Part shown: piece by piece, positions 37,610 to 52,213 of the stretch
Position numbering within the stretch: the first letter of the stretch is position 1
Layout: every line of letters begins with the position of its first letter
Origin: Octopus vulgaris
Lineage: Eukaryota
Reading direction: 5' to 3'
NCBI GenBank assembly: GCA_951406725.2
Contig: OX597815.1
Coordinates: forward strand, 197,532,001 to 197,596,000
Length of the DNA: 64,000 nt
Translations under genes and position numbers: made by a program
Notes under the pieces: generated by a model
What the model was told of the DNA's origin: nothing
Databases searched by the model: none
Seen by the model: only the letters and a program-made list of their open reading frames with translations

Positions 37610-38955
37610 TTTGAAAAGTGTAATGCAAAGCGCGAAACTTTAAAAGTAATTCTACACCCTCTTCCAATAGCGAACGTGATTTGACAATAGCCATCAGTTC
37701 TTCGGAGAGGTTTCTGTGCAGAAGTTTTGACAATTCTGGTTCATTTGGAAGGCTTAATTAGTTGTATCTCTTAATGAATCCAGTCATCATGCAATTGAAA
37801 GTATCTTCGATATAATGTAGAGTCGTGAATGAGACGTTTAGTAGAGATTAGATTAGGTTTATTAAGGATAATACCCTTAAGATAGGAAAATAGTTATAAC
37901 GGGAAACGTTGCCAGAATCTTTTGCGCAACACTATATCATATACCAGGTTACGTATCTAGGATACTTGGTGAACACCGAGGAGAGAATTGCGATCTCGCA
38001 TCCCGCCGGAGTTATAATGAGACTGCACATTTGTGCAGGCATCCACAGGACTTTGCGGAAACTTGTTGGGCGCCAAATATTTACCGGGGGAGGAAAATCC
38101 AATTCTCAGACAAAATTTCTGCCAGGCCAAGATTCCGAAGCTGATCAGCCAAGAAGGAAACCGATCACCGATAACGGAACTTGTGAGAGATACATGCGCC
38201 CCAATGTTGAGACAAGGTGGGGAAGGCATTATATAATATGCTAAGGCCCACACTTTTATTGTCATATGAATCCGTATATATATATACTTTGAAAAGTGTA
38301 ATGCAAAGCGCGAAACTTTAAAAGTAATTCTACACCCTCTTCCAATAGCGAACGTGATTTGACAATAGCCATCAGTTCTTCGGAGAGGTTTCTGTGCAGA
38401 AGTTTTGACAATTCTGGTTCATTTGGAAGGCTTAATTAGTTGTATCTCTTAATGAATCCAGTCATCATGCAATTGAAAGTATCTTCGATATAATGTAGAG
38501 TCGTGAATGAGACGTTTAGTAGAGATTAGATTAGGTTTATTAAGGATAATACCCTTAAGATAGGAAAATAGTTATAACGGGAAACGTTGCCAGAATCTTT
38601 TGCGCAACACTATATCATATACCAGGTTACGTATCTAGGATACTTGGTGAACACCGAGGAGAGAATTGCGATCTCGCATCCCGCCGGAGTTATAATGAGA
38701 CTGCACATTTGTGCAGGCATCCACAGGACTTTGCGGAAACTTGTTGGGCGCCAAATATTTACCGGGGGAGGAAAATCCAATTCTCAGACAAAATTTCTGC
38801 CAGGCCAGGATTCCGAAGCTGATCAGCCAAGAAGGAAACCGATCACCGATAACGGAACTTGTGAGAGATACATGCGCCCCAATGTTGAGACAAGGTGGGG
38901 AAGGCATTATATAATATGCTAAGGCCCACACTTTTATTGTCATATGAATCCGTAT
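37600..38955. repeat. Near-perfect 678-bp tandem duplication
   Basis: Units 37600-38277 and 38278-38955. Matching ORFs are offset by 678 bp, and I found one difference (A38130 vs G38808). Confidence 0.95.
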
Positions 38956-38971
38956 CTTGTTACTTCGAGCT

Positions 38972-39083
38972 AGACTATAGGGTTTTCAACCTGCAACACA
39001 GACTATAGGGTTTTCAACCTGCAACACAGACTATAGGGTTTTCAACCTGCAACATAGACTATAGGGTTTTCAACATGCAATAT
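38972..39083. repeat. 28-bp minisatellite, 4 copies
   Basis: AGACTATAGGGTTTTCAACCTGCAACAC head-to-tail, with the last two copies slightly diverged. Confidence 0.95.
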
Positions 39084-40152
39084 ATGAATTTTTAACTAAA
39101 CGGAAAACTCTTATACAGCAGATAATAGCGGCTACTGAACGGGAAAGTATCCTTTAGTCGCCATGAACTCACTACCGTCGAGGTCGGCTTCGGTCAAACC
39201 CCATAAACGGACACATTCAATAAACATCCACTAGGTGATGCCCGGATCAATGAAGCCCGCGACAGTTGGAAGAGGCACAAGTGGCTCATTGGGAACACCA
39301 TAGCTAAATGGGGAAAGGTTCTCATAAAGCACGAGTTTACCAAAAAAGCTGGATTCCAAAAGAAATCGAAATGGGATTTTCTAACATCTAAGTAGTGCTC
39401 TACCATTGAAATAAAAATGAAAAATTCATTGAAAATTCTATAGTACAGAGAAAAATAGCTCCAGCGCTGGAGATTCTATGTTCACACAGCGTTGCAAACG
39501 ACGGAGATCAATATACAGTTGATCAGTGACACTATAACAGTGATTGATGACACTTTCTATTTCTAAATGGGGTCTAACAACATTTTAGAGACAAAGCTAC
39601 GAATAAAATTACTTGTTTTGATGCTTCAATGTTATTACAGTAGAAACAAAAAATATTGCATGGATCTAAGTATCTAAGAAGTTGAGCGTACAACTTCCTG
39701 TAGGTCAGACTGCTTCATGGACCAGCAGCAAAAGAAAAAAAAGTGGAAAATTTGCCTTTCCATTTTGAAGATATATTCTCATGAGGTATGATATACAGGT
39801 GGCTATTTTAATCTATTACTGCCTATATGTCTATAACATATATATATATATGAATGTGTGCGTGTGTACCTGTATGTTATGTGAGTGCGCGTATGCTTCC
39901 GTGTGTGTGACTGTGTATTTATATACACTCATGCGCAAACACTCACACACTCACACACATAGCATACATATAAGCAGACCACACATACATACACTTAGAA
40001 ATAAATATAGGAATAATTGCAACGTTGTTGTATGTTAATAAACAAGCAAAATATAAGCAGAAAGTGCCAGGAAATAGAAATTTAAGTGAAGTAACTTGGA
40101 TATGCCTCAGGAAATATTTGAACAGATGCATAGATTGCATATATATGTATAT

Positions 40153-40211
<59 letters not shown>

Positions 40212-40226
40212 AACACTCACACATAC

Positions 40227-40277
<51 letters not shown>

Positions 40278-41310
40278 CGTACATACATCCACATACACAT
40301 ACACACAGAGGCGGAAGAGAGATCAAGATATGTGAATATGGGATTGATTATTTACACGCAGCTTTTATATATTTGTATAGAGGTATTTGTTTGCTTTAGC
40401 GCGAATATATTTTGCACGCACCACAAAAGAACTTTTTGTAAAATATGGTCTTATATATATATATTGTTATTGTATGAAATACACGTCAGCAAAATTAGTT
40501 TAACAATCTCTCCCAATCTCACAAAACAGTAATATTTCAAACTTTGAGTTTTAAAAGCATTGCAACAATACTTCATTTTCTATGTATTGTACAACACATT
40601 CTAAAAGTCCTATATAAGAAATGAACGAAATCTAATTCAATTTTCTGTTTCTGATTTTTATCAAATTATATGTAATTTTTTTGTCATTTCAAAAAATAAT
40701 ACTAGTTTTATTCAATTTTCCAGCTTTCCCTTCTCAGCCTTTAAAGCGATAATATTTTGATTATAGTATTATTGTTAATCTTTTCATATATTTTCCTCCG
40801 TCTACTTTTTTTATTTTTATTTTTTCATAAAAAATACATCTGTTTGTGATTGATTCTTTTTTGTGTATATAAACGCCATCGCTGCAACATATAATCGCTA
40901 TAATATTTGCAGCTAAGTTGGAAGTATAAAACCCAATTTCGGTTAGTGAAATATAAAGCAAAAAAAAAAAGGCGAGTGAACTAGTTGAGAAAACAAAATG
41001 GGCTCACTGTATCAGCAACTATTGTCATAAAACTAAGTTGCTATGATATACTGGAAGTTTGTTCGACTTCCACTAAGTATGAGTATATTAGTTTAAAACA
41101 GATGTACTTAGCATTGTAGTCGCTGAAGAAAGAACAAACACTAAAAAGTGCTGCCGTCATTGGAAGGTAATTTTGTAAATGAATTTATACGTATTCTGAA
41201 TGCGCGTGGACTACCTCTTAGAATGCTGCACTCACATACGAACACACAGGCACGCACGCACATACACTCACACACTCACACAGACGAGCACACATATGTA
41301 AGAGATGTAG

Positions 41311-41703
41311 TCTCTCTATATATAAAGCTGAAGTTGTCTGTGGGTGGCAGGTTTTATAGCCTTTGACTAACAATATCTCCTCCGAGTCCCTGCAGCGCAA
41401 GTTGACCAAAATTGAGAGTATGATAGAAGAAGGCTTGCTCTTTCTTGCGTAGAAGAAAAAAAATTCAAATCGGACCATGTTAACACCAGAATCTATTTAC
41501 ATCCAAGTGCTTTTTTTCTATGAAAATCCCTATTTTGTACGATTGTTTGACTGCTGTGTCGCCATTTTTCGGTGTATTTCAACAAGAAAAATGTTCACCT
41601 AAAGAGAATAACAAGCTACATAATGCAAAAGTTTTACTTTTCAAAAATTCCAATTCTAAAGGGTCGAAACAAACCAGAGCAACGCCGGGGGCGATACTGC
41701 TAG
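41311..41703 (+). mobile_element. Non-autonomous Helitron related to 5241-5639
   Basis: 5' TCTCTATATATAAAGCTGAAGTTGT and 3' CAAACCAGAGCAACGCCGGGGGCGATACTGCTAG|T. The internal sequence differs from the first copy. Confidence 0.75.
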
Positions 41704-44700
41704 TATATGTTAAAATGTATATTTTTACCCGATGCAAAATATCTGTGATGTTATTTCCTTGGTATTGATGTACAATACCATTTACAGTTTAAAGAGCGAG
41801 TACTCAAGTACATGACTACTACTACTGTAGTTACAGCTTTACATAGATTTTCATAATTGGCTGCTGTCTATACATACGTCGTCTAACTTCCATACTGCGT
41901 AGGGTTAAGATGCTAGTTATGAGACACAGCAAACGTAGGAAGAATTATGAATTATACTTCTTTTGAGCCCTACGAGAGATGTTACAAATGTATATAGGCG
42001 CTCAACTACAACAGAAACTCAGGATACAATAAAGTGTTCCCTGAGGTTCCGTTATGATTTATCATCTGTGTTCTTTTGGAAAACCGGACGCAGGGCTCGA
42101 AACAAGCGTATTTGTGAAACACGTGTAGGAATCTTAATATAAACTTAATATAAATTGATAGTCTCCTAACCATAAATTTGACAGCCTTATCGTGAGCATT
42201 ATCAGATCAGGATGAAACAAGCTCATACACGCGCACGCACACACGCACACACGCACGCATGCACATGCACATATACACATATATAAATATATGTATGTGT
42301 ACATATATGTATGTGTACATATATTTATATATATATATATATGTATGTATACATAGATATATGTGTGTGGGGGTGCGTGTGAAAGAGAGACACATGATAT
42401 AGAAAATACGAGCATATTCATTGATCAGTACAATTGTTTCGACCCATCAAGCTTCTATCCCTCACGAGTAGGATACTGCACAACTGGTTTAGGCTTATCC
42501 GTCGGTGTAAATGTATCTTTTCAGGTGATTACTTGATGTATCCCGTGAAAATGACGTCTGTTCCGCAACTTTTCTGCGCAAATTAAGGGATACAGCTTCA
42601 TTATTATAGAAGATCGATAACAATCAGATTCAAAAAGAAACAAATACACAATAGACGAAATCTAACCATTAGCAGATATGGATTTATAGACGCCCTCGCT
42701 TAGTTTGTATTGCGTACGTAACCTTGCTTATAAAATTTTACACAAAGATATAAGCATACACACACACGCGCGTTATTTGATGCACATACGCTCACGCGGG
42801 GAATCAAATTGCTGCTTTGAGTTTACAAGAATGGGGAGGTTACAGTTAACTCATCCATGCAATAAGGTGAATTATGGTTATGAATTTGGTTGACATTTAT
42901 TCAACTTCCTTTTCACTGCATTGTGGGAATGTGCATTTATAAGCACATTAGCATCTTGACAGTCTTTCAGAAATAGACAGGGATTCCTCGAAGGAGAATC
43001 TGTAAATCTTGGAAAAGATATTATACTATTGTGCGTGCCTTACTATGGACCACGTTATATCATATTACATTTTATCCCCCTTACATCGCCACACAAAATC
43101 AGCCAAATTTGTGAAATGACTCTTGATGTTCTTGAAAATAGAGACATTGTTGCGATAACGATACTTGAATGAATCAGCTGTTGCCGCAACGTAAACTTAC
43201 GATCCTCCCATTGTGAGTACTGTGCGTTTATATACAAGATTGGTACTCATGCAAATCTTCATCATTGAGCATTTATTAGATTTATTTGTATATGTGGCAG
43301 TGCTGACTTCATTTTCCGACCTTGTTACTCTGTTGGCTATACCACTATTATTGCTACTACCACGACGTGGCCGCAGCGGCTACTGTTCGTTTTGGTTCGT
43401 ATTTCCTGTCATAGCATTGTTATATTTATATTTGCTGTCTTTTCTATGAAATAGTTCTTTGAAGTAGTTCGCCCGTTATAAGATGTAGTTCCAGCAGGCG
43501 GGTTATTTAACAGCTAGTGCATTTTATTGTTATTAATATGGTACATATGCTGTACTAAATTAATACATTTAGCGTGTGCTAACTTCACTATTTCTCTATT
43601 AAAAATAGCATGTTATCCATTTGATTTTGAGAAACAGTAGTCTATACCGGCAAAAAATTCCTTAGCGATATTCGTTGAGACATGTGAACCGTGGATAGGG
43701 TTGTGCCAGAGGACATCATGATTCTCATTATTTTTTTGGCTACCTTATTCGTTCTCATGTGTTGTACAGGGTTGGGACAATTTATTGTTTTATGAGCAGT
43801 AGAATGTCTGTGTTGTGTCTGTCAATGAGTGTGTCTATGAGCTCGTAGCTCGTAGTTTATTGCCTTGAAAAATTTGTTTTTACCTGTACTTTCGATCTGA
43901 GTCTGTTCGCTTATTATAAAGTTCATTTGGTGTGTAATGTGTATCATCAGTGGAGGAAATGGCTGAGTTGCGTATATGTGTCTCATGTATGTATTGAATT
44001 TTCTCTTGGTAATCAGTATTCTAGTACGGTGCATGTGAATGAAAGCATTTTTATTTTTTATCGATAACCGAGATATAATTATTAAAATATTCTGGACTAA
44101 TCCCCGTATTATTGAGAGTAGATTAAAGCAAATTTAAACATGAATGCCATTTAGAAATGTAAGTTTTTCTATACAATGCGCATTAAAACCGAACTGGTAG
44201 GATGTTAAATATTCGGATACCATGTCTTGATTCACGTGTCTTTTCTCATTGTGTTCGGAACTGAAATCACGCAGATTTAAAATTATAAATTTATTGCGCT
44301 GTAGATAAATATAAGAGGAACGAATTGCAGATCATAATTGGTTATTCCATTCTTTTATATTTCTTCCTCTTGCTCGTATTTTATCTCTCCTGCTCTCTAT
44401 TTCTCTCTTATATTACACTCTGGCAAATTTCAAAGTTTCAACTCTCACTGAGCCTATTTCTCATAAACAATGATAAAAGGATCAAATTTCTCCTATGGAG
44501 AAAATAAATCACATCCTAAGGTACACACCAAATGGAGTCCTGATTTGTAGTACAGCACGGAACGGCAATTCAATTTATGATACATGAACAGACTACAGCT
44601 TATAAGTTTTAATAAACACAAGACTCTACCAATATTCCTGCAACATATGTGGTACAAAGATAAACTTGATCTAGAATAAAGCGTTAATTACCATCATATT

Positions 44701-44854
44701 TGCGAATTGAAGATACACAACATTTTGATGTCAATAAGCTGTGAAATAAAGAAATAAAAGCAATATTTATTATTCTTTTACAAGAATGTTGTTGACAGTT
44801 ATTTAGAATTTTTGGCCAGCTGAGCCATCGTCGGATTTTATAGGAAGAAAAGTG

Positions 44855-44922
<68 letters not shown>

Positions 44923-45129
44923 CGAATATAGACATTCATACCTATAAATTCTATAGGTATGAATGTTTAAAAATCACTTACTGTGAAAACATTAAACAAA
45001 GTGAGCGTAACATCATATACATATGATAAAAGAAATCAAAAACAGAATTTTTGAAATCCCTTGTAATTTCTATCAACAAAATTGTAATATGCGTTGAATC
45101 GTAGGAAGTTCTGAACTTTCTTCTGTAGC

Positions 45130-45745
45130 ATCTACTCGTATGTAAAAATAAAATTTCCTTGATTCACACTGAAGAATGGCATAACAGTCATCTACTCCTA
45201 TAACAAGTACCTTCATAACACTAAGCTATATTATGAAATGAGATTACGCTTTTCTCTTTAAAAATTTTCTGATACGTTATTCGCAACATTCAGAAGATAC
45301 GATTATCTTTGGAAGACTACTGTTTGGATGATGCGACTACCAGTCATTGTTTTTAGCAGCATATTTTGCTAGTAGATTATAGCAATGAATCAAAGGAGCA
45401 AATTTGAGGACAGCTGGTTTTCAGCTTAGAACAAAAAATGGCAGGAAGTGAATTCAGAAATGCATTTTGTTTGACAGTCTGCCGGTTCTTGCTTACCATT
45501 TAAAATTCAACTCTCCTCTCAATAAACTACTTCTACTTAATTTTTGACGGAAAGTTTCTATTATTAGGGTTTTATACACAGAGAGCATAAATATTTATAT
45601 CTACTCGTATGTAAAACGTTCCCTGATGGCATAACTGTCGTCTACTACTAGAACAAGTACCTTCAAAACACTCAGCTATATTTTGAAATGAAATTACACT
45701 TCTCTCTTTATACGTTGTCTGATACGATATTCGCAACATTTAGAT
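45130..45745 (+). repeat. Diverged ~150-bp direct repeats (about 45130-45295 and 45599-45745)
   Basis: ATCTACTCGTATGTAAAA...AACAAGTACCTTCA.AACACT.AGCTATATT.TGAAATGA...TATTCGCAACATT occurs twice, about 470 bp apart. Confidence 0.85.
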
Positions 45746-48659
45746 CTACTTTAAAATTTGTGTATTACATTAGTATTTGGCAGAAGCGCAATTTCAAATA
45801 AAATCAGTATAAGTGCTTCTACATCATATAATTACAACTTCTGTTCAAATAATATGTGCATTTGATAGAAATACAAATACTGATAAACCGATATTTGTAA
45901 TTATATTTTTATGATCATTAGATATATTTTGTAAAAAGAGTATTAAATATTGGCGTATTAAATATTGATATAATTGTGATCAATGTCGCCTTATCTGACC
46001 ACTAGAGAAATCAAAACATTACATAAATGATGGTTGTAACTGTAATTAATTAATACTACGTATGTGGAGCGAAATACGATGCCATGTCTCTGTATTCAGT
46101 CCATTTCTTTTTAATTCATCGTCCCAAAATAATAGAAAACTATTATGGAAGAAGCTATCACTATTTAGATTATCTATATGATCAATTCCATCTTATATTA
46201 TATAATGCATCGATTGTTCTAGGCAAAAGTTTTATTCCTCTGCCCGTGTGAAATTTCTATCTTTGGGTATTTGTGGAAGCACTCTTTCCGTTTTTCAGAA
46301 GCACAACGTGAATTGACCGGTTACTACTCTAAATTGTGTAGGAAATTAGATTTTATTTCCATTACATAATAAAGATATCAGATTTGTTGTTTACCGAATA
46401 AAAAATAATGACATCTGTGAAACTTAACCTGGGAAATCTGGTAACGTATTAAATAAACTCACAAATAACCTTTATATGGTACTTGTCGAATCTGGTTTTA
46501 ATTTCTCTTGACAAACAACAAAACATATTTCATGGATATTTTTCATTGGTATTTTAATTGGTCACTGAATTTAAGTAAAAAATTAACTAAAAATGTATCA
46601 TTAAGCGGAGTTCCAAATGGACTGCTGAGGTCTAAATCTACTCTTCCAAGGATTGCTTTCTGCTGTACTACCCATCAAAGTTTAGGAAGATTGACACTTA
46701 ACTTTTGACCAAGGTTGGTCACTTAGTCTTTGACCAACATTTTCAAATCCTCTGTTGCAATGGAAGTATTTCAAAAGCTTGTTGTCACTTTCATGTCTTC
46801 ACATTGAACGCTTAATACAAATGGTATAAACTGCGAAACTAGCAATAAAATATTTAAAAGTAAGGAAAATTTAACTTATTTGCGCACATCGGAAACATAT
46901 AGAAAAATACGACACATTATATGTTTGTATGTGTGGGTGTGTGTGTATTTGTGTGTGTACTTGTTTGCTGCATATCTACGTATCCTCAGATAAGAAGTAC
47001 AAGGAACATTCGAGTAAATAACGAATTCTTATTATAAAGTTCAGTTATACATTTCGAGTCTGCACATATCTTTGTTACCAAAGTTAGACAATATTTTGAT
47101 TTCAAATACTTCAGATTCACATCAACATACCTAATTAAAATCGAATTATAGGAACATTCACACATAATGATGCCTGTTGCAATAAACACTATGGAGAATT
47201 AAATACAATACGAATATTAAAAATATCTCAGAAAAATAGTGTATAGCAAAACCCCAAAGATTAATAATCTCAATAAAGTGCCTGTGTGGTAATATATGAA
47301 ACATTAGTTATATTCATCAGCTGCGGCAATTTATTTGAGTGAATTGCAGCTGGAAAATAAATTGGTGTAGCGAAATGAAATACATTTTATATATCATAAA
47401 TTGCTTTGTATGAAATTATAATTCTAGATCTAATGTCTTATGTTTCAATACAAAATGCCGCTGGTTTTACATTGGTTTTATTTCATTCACCTACGAGGTA
47501 AATAAATGGCAGGTGTTTAATTCTGGCTTGCTTTTAGTAGATCGATTATTATATGAGGCGAGGATTTTCTAAATATACGAGTATATATTAGCAAACGATT
47601 GTATGTGATTTATTTGTATCTATGTATATATACTATGTATAACGTGTTTCATTTTGCTTAGCTGTTTGAGGCTGGATTTTTTGGATGTCAATTTTCTTTA
47701 GGATATTTTGCATGAGAAATTCGATGTTTGCTTTTCATTTTTATTGGGGATCTGTTCACTAGACAAATATAAATATCTTTCAGTCTGCAGTCTGAGAGGA
47801 TTGCAGTTGCATTCGTTAATGCCTGCCTGTAATGTGCAATTTTGTAGTATTTCGATATAGCTCAGGGGAACGTTTTCCAAGCTATTTATATATGAGGGTG
47901 TAGAAAACAAAATAAACTGTAGAGTATCTAGTTCTAGAAATATAATGACAATAATAAGCAAGCCACAAAATTTCCCTAATAACATATCATACAATAGCAG
48001 CAATAAAGCAGATGCAAAAGGCAAGTGCATGGTCTAACACAAGCGTGATCACTTTCATGCAAATAAACATTGTACCAAGTTGGTGTAGCCTGTTCTGGAC
48101 TAATTATCTTGTTGGTCTGAACATGAAGTCGGAAGTCAAACTTTCAAATTCAGTGACTCATACATTCTAAAACAATTATAGAACACAACACTCACATTCT
48201 CGACAAATGAAATATATATATATGTGTGTGTGTGTGTGTGTCTGTGTGTGTGTGTCTGTGTGTGTGTGAGTGTTCTTTTATTTAAATGCATGCATTTATT
48301 GTTTGTAAAGTGGGGTATTGTCTGTACCACTACAAATTCTAAAACAGTAAGTAATACAAATGTTACAGCCTGATGGGGATGGAACATTTGATTTTCGTTT
48401 TCCAACCTCATTTTCCTCATTCCTATCCGTATTGGTCAGAAACATAATATATAACTTGAAACTTAAAAAAAAAATAGCAAAATTATTATGTGCTGCTTCT
48501 TCGTGAATCTTGTGTATATAAATTGAAAAAGGAATATTGGCAATATATATGTGTGTAAAACTATGTGTATGTATGGAGTTGGCATGTATGTGGGCATGTG
48601 TGTGTATGCACGAGTATTTATTTGTGTACGTATACGGTGCATGTATACGCATATAGTAT

Positions 48660-48691
48660 ATATGCATATATATGTATATGAGTGTGTGTGT

Positions 48692-48745
<54 letters not shown>

Positions 48746-48771
48746 ATATATATATATATATATATATGCAT

Positions 48772-48825
<54 letters not shown>

Positions 48826-48827
48826 TT

Positions 48828-48860
<33 letters not shown>

Positions 48861-48935
48861 GCATGCATTGTATGTATATATATATATATATATATGTACA
48901 TATATATATGCATGCATTGTATGTATGTGTATATA
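48660..48935. repeat. Compound (TA)n tract with recurring ATGCATGCATTG interruptions
   Basis: Directly visible higher-order repeat. Confidence 0.9.
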
Positions 48936-49718
48936 TAAGTTATTTGAGAGGGTTTCTCTAAAATTCCTCCTTTGATTTATTCTATGCACTGTGTATCTGT
49001 ACATAAGTTCATATGGTCATTATACTCATATATGTAATTGCTCAATAAATATTATCTTAATATCCGTAATGCAGTTAACTCTAAACCTCGATATAAATTT
49101 CAAAAATATATTATGTTCGGTAGTTAAATTTTGATAATTATCTAATATTTCCTGCTAGTATGAGCATAAAAATTTCATTATCTCACATTATACGACTTAG
49201 AAACATATACTTATTCTGAACATCTCTTGAGTATCTAAAATTCAATAATTTATAATATATCTCCAAATTTTTATATTGTATGCCATAATCTAAACTTTAT
49301 TGGGAATTTAATATTCTATTGATACCTAATTGTGGCCTGTTCAAATTTCTAAAATATAACCAAATAATAAATAATTTTATAAAGGACATATCTAAATATA
49401 ATGTCATTAGGAATTATAAGCTATCACAAACAGTATTCAAGTTCATTCTCTTCTCAGTCAAAGCGTTATTATACAGGAAACATAATCTATATTTTCATGG
49501 CAAAATAGAGGCAATAGGAAGTGTCACATTAGCATCGCGTTGTAATATGTGCATGCGAAAGTGTAATGATCATTATGTAAAATGTCTTTGCTCCGATTTC
49601 GATTTAAAATATCGTAACTAAACTCTCTGTGGAATTCAATTGAAAAAGAAAATAATATGCTAATATCCAAAAATAGGTATGTATTTACTGATGTATACCC
49701 ATACGTATACATATATGT

Positions 49719-49772
<54 letters not shown>

Positions 49773-49843
49773 GTGTATATATGTATATATATATGTATAT
49801 ATATATATATATGTGTATATATGTATATATATATGTATGTATA

Positions 49844-49908
<65 letters not shown>

Positions 49909-51286
49909 TATGTATGTATGTATGTATATGGAAAAACCAAGATAGAAAATGCTAAAAACATTTTATAAAAAACATTTCAGTTCCGGTTTCAGACATTAAT
50001 ACTTTTTCAACTGTAAGTATGGAAATCAATTAAATTTTGGAAAAGTTAGAAGAAAAGTTTTTTAAAAGAATATTTGCATAGTGTTCAAATACAAGTGGCA
50101 TTTTCCTTGTTTCTACTTGTTTATGTCTCTCTTGTTTACTCTTGTGGGTTCGAACTCGAACCCACGAGCAGAGAGTAACGCTTCTATAAAGCTAAGAAAC
50201 AATCAGATTATACGATACACACTGACCAAATTTATGCAATTTTGCCTAGTTCATGGTGTTTTATGGTTGAATTGTGACTTGAATTAAACTATTTTCCTAA
50301 TTTGTCTGCAGAGTTTTCTTTTGGATTTTTCCGTAAGTATGGTTGTCAGAAGCTAATCATTGACAATACGTGTGCATCCAGATCAAGAAAGATTAAAACA
50401 ATATTGATACGAATTTAACCACAATGATATAAAGAAATGTGTAAAAGACTGTCAAAACTAATGTATATTATACCGTTTGCATTAGAAAAACACCCGCAAA
50501 TATATATTGTAATAAATACCGAAAGGCTTTCTTCTCACCTAATATGTATGCATTAAATTAAACAAGTTTTAAAAACATAAAACAATTAGCCTTTTTACTT
50601 TTCTAAAAGTCTTACCTATACCTTGGCTTCGGAATTTCCTAAACTATTGCAAGTCGAGCGGCAAATATCTCATAAACTTTTTCCTGGAAAATTGTGTAGC
50701 TTACATAGAATTCTAGTAAAATAAAACTTAATTATATTTGAGCAATTACGTTAATTATCAGTCTCTTCTTCAAACACATGAAGAATGACACAAAGAGAAC
50801 TTATAGAATATAAATTTTGTGAAAGCTTTCCTCCAGCTCTTCACATATAATTTTTTTTTGTTCGAGTTGACAATGACATTCTCTTTTATGATAAAAATAA
50901 CTTTTCTGAGATAATCAACTTATATAAAATAACACTCCTATTTCCAATTTTTGATCGATTTAATGCTGATATATAACAAAATCATCATAAGAAAACTAAC
51001 GCAGAATGCATTCAGTAATTAGTTCTTCTTCTGTTATTGTGATCATTATACGTTTCAAAAGGGTGCTCAGTACTTTGTTTGATATCTAAGCTGTGGCATC
51101 TATTACATGTCCCTTAAAATTTATTTACATTATTGATACCAGCACAAAATACCTTGATATAGATAACATTTGAATTAAAAACACAATGCAAAACTGCAAC
51201 ATACACATGGAATGATGAATGCCTAGCTTACAAACTCTCGCAGAATAAACTAATTGTTTATACGCTATCTATATCTAATTTAGACT

Positions 51287-51607
51287 GTGAGGGCGCGTGG
51301 CTTAGTGGTTAGGGCATTTGGCTCATGATCGTAAGGTTGTGAGTTCGATTCCCGGCGACGCGTTGTGTCCTTGAGCAAGACACTTTATTTCACGTTGCTC
51401 CAGTCCACTCAGCTGGCAACAATGAGTTGTACTTGTATTTCAAAGGGTCAGCCTTGTCACTCTCTGTGTCACGCTGATTATCCCCGAGAACTACGTTAAG
51501 GGTACACGTGTCTGTCGAATGCTCAGCCATTTGCACGTTAATTTCACGAGCAAGCTGTTCCGTTGATCGTATCAGCTGGGACCCTCGTCGTCGTAACCGG
51601 CGGAGTC
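51287..51607 (+). mobile_element. tRNA-derived SINE family C, near complete
   Basis: A box TGGCTTAGTGG and B box GAGTTCGATTCC, followed by GTGTCCTTGAGCAAGACACTT...CTCCAGTCCACTCAGCTG, a V/Deu-type SINE body motif. Confidence 0.88.
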
Positions 51608-52044
51608 AAAGAATTTAGACTACGTATTTCCATTTCCTCTCAAATTTCTCTCAAGTGGATGGCATTCAGAAGCTGCTTATATAGCGAAATGCATATCGTT
51701 TAATCTCGTGATCAGTTCGGGGGCAATTTCGTTTAGCTTAATTTTGATGTATTTTTAACATCATAATAATTACGTGGAGATTACTGGAAAAAAGACCGCA
51801 GCTTCTTGCTTTTAAATATCACATGCACGTTAAGTATGAAATCTATCTATCTATCTACCTACCGATAGCTAGCTATTGTTTTTTTACTTGCTTCACTCAT
51901 TAAACTACGGCCATACAAACTGCACCTGGTATTTATTCCTGCAGTATTACTTCAGGAACCGGTTGGTTACGGGAACGGGAAAACCCTGACAGCAGTTTCA
52001 AGTGTGGTGGGAACACACACACACACATAACACACAATACATAA

Positions 52045-52173
<129 letters not shown>

Positions 52174-52182
52174 TATATATAT

Positions 52183-52213
<31 letters not shown>

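Noticed and set aside
38972-39083. 28-bp repeats as a CRISPR array
   Set aside because: The repeats are directly adjacent with no spacers, there are no cas genes, and the context is eukaryotic.
42960-43260. Very decayed CR1/L2-like RT remnant; similar faint LINE remnants at about 32420-32620 and 46600-46800
   Set aside because: Only vague motif resemblance by eye, too weak to annotate without a profile search.
50312-50332. Possible 21-nt micro-exon (…TGTCTGCAG|21 nt|GTAAGT); similar candidate at about 48311-48346
   Set aside because: Such splice-like pairs arise by chance in 64 kb of AT-rich DNA. There is no recognisable peptide or exon chain, and RNA-seq would be needed.
51287-51365. tRNA gene (also the heads at 16268 and 16800)
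   Set aside because: A/B boxes are present, but I cannot fold a convincing cloverleaf and the sequence continues into SINE bodies.
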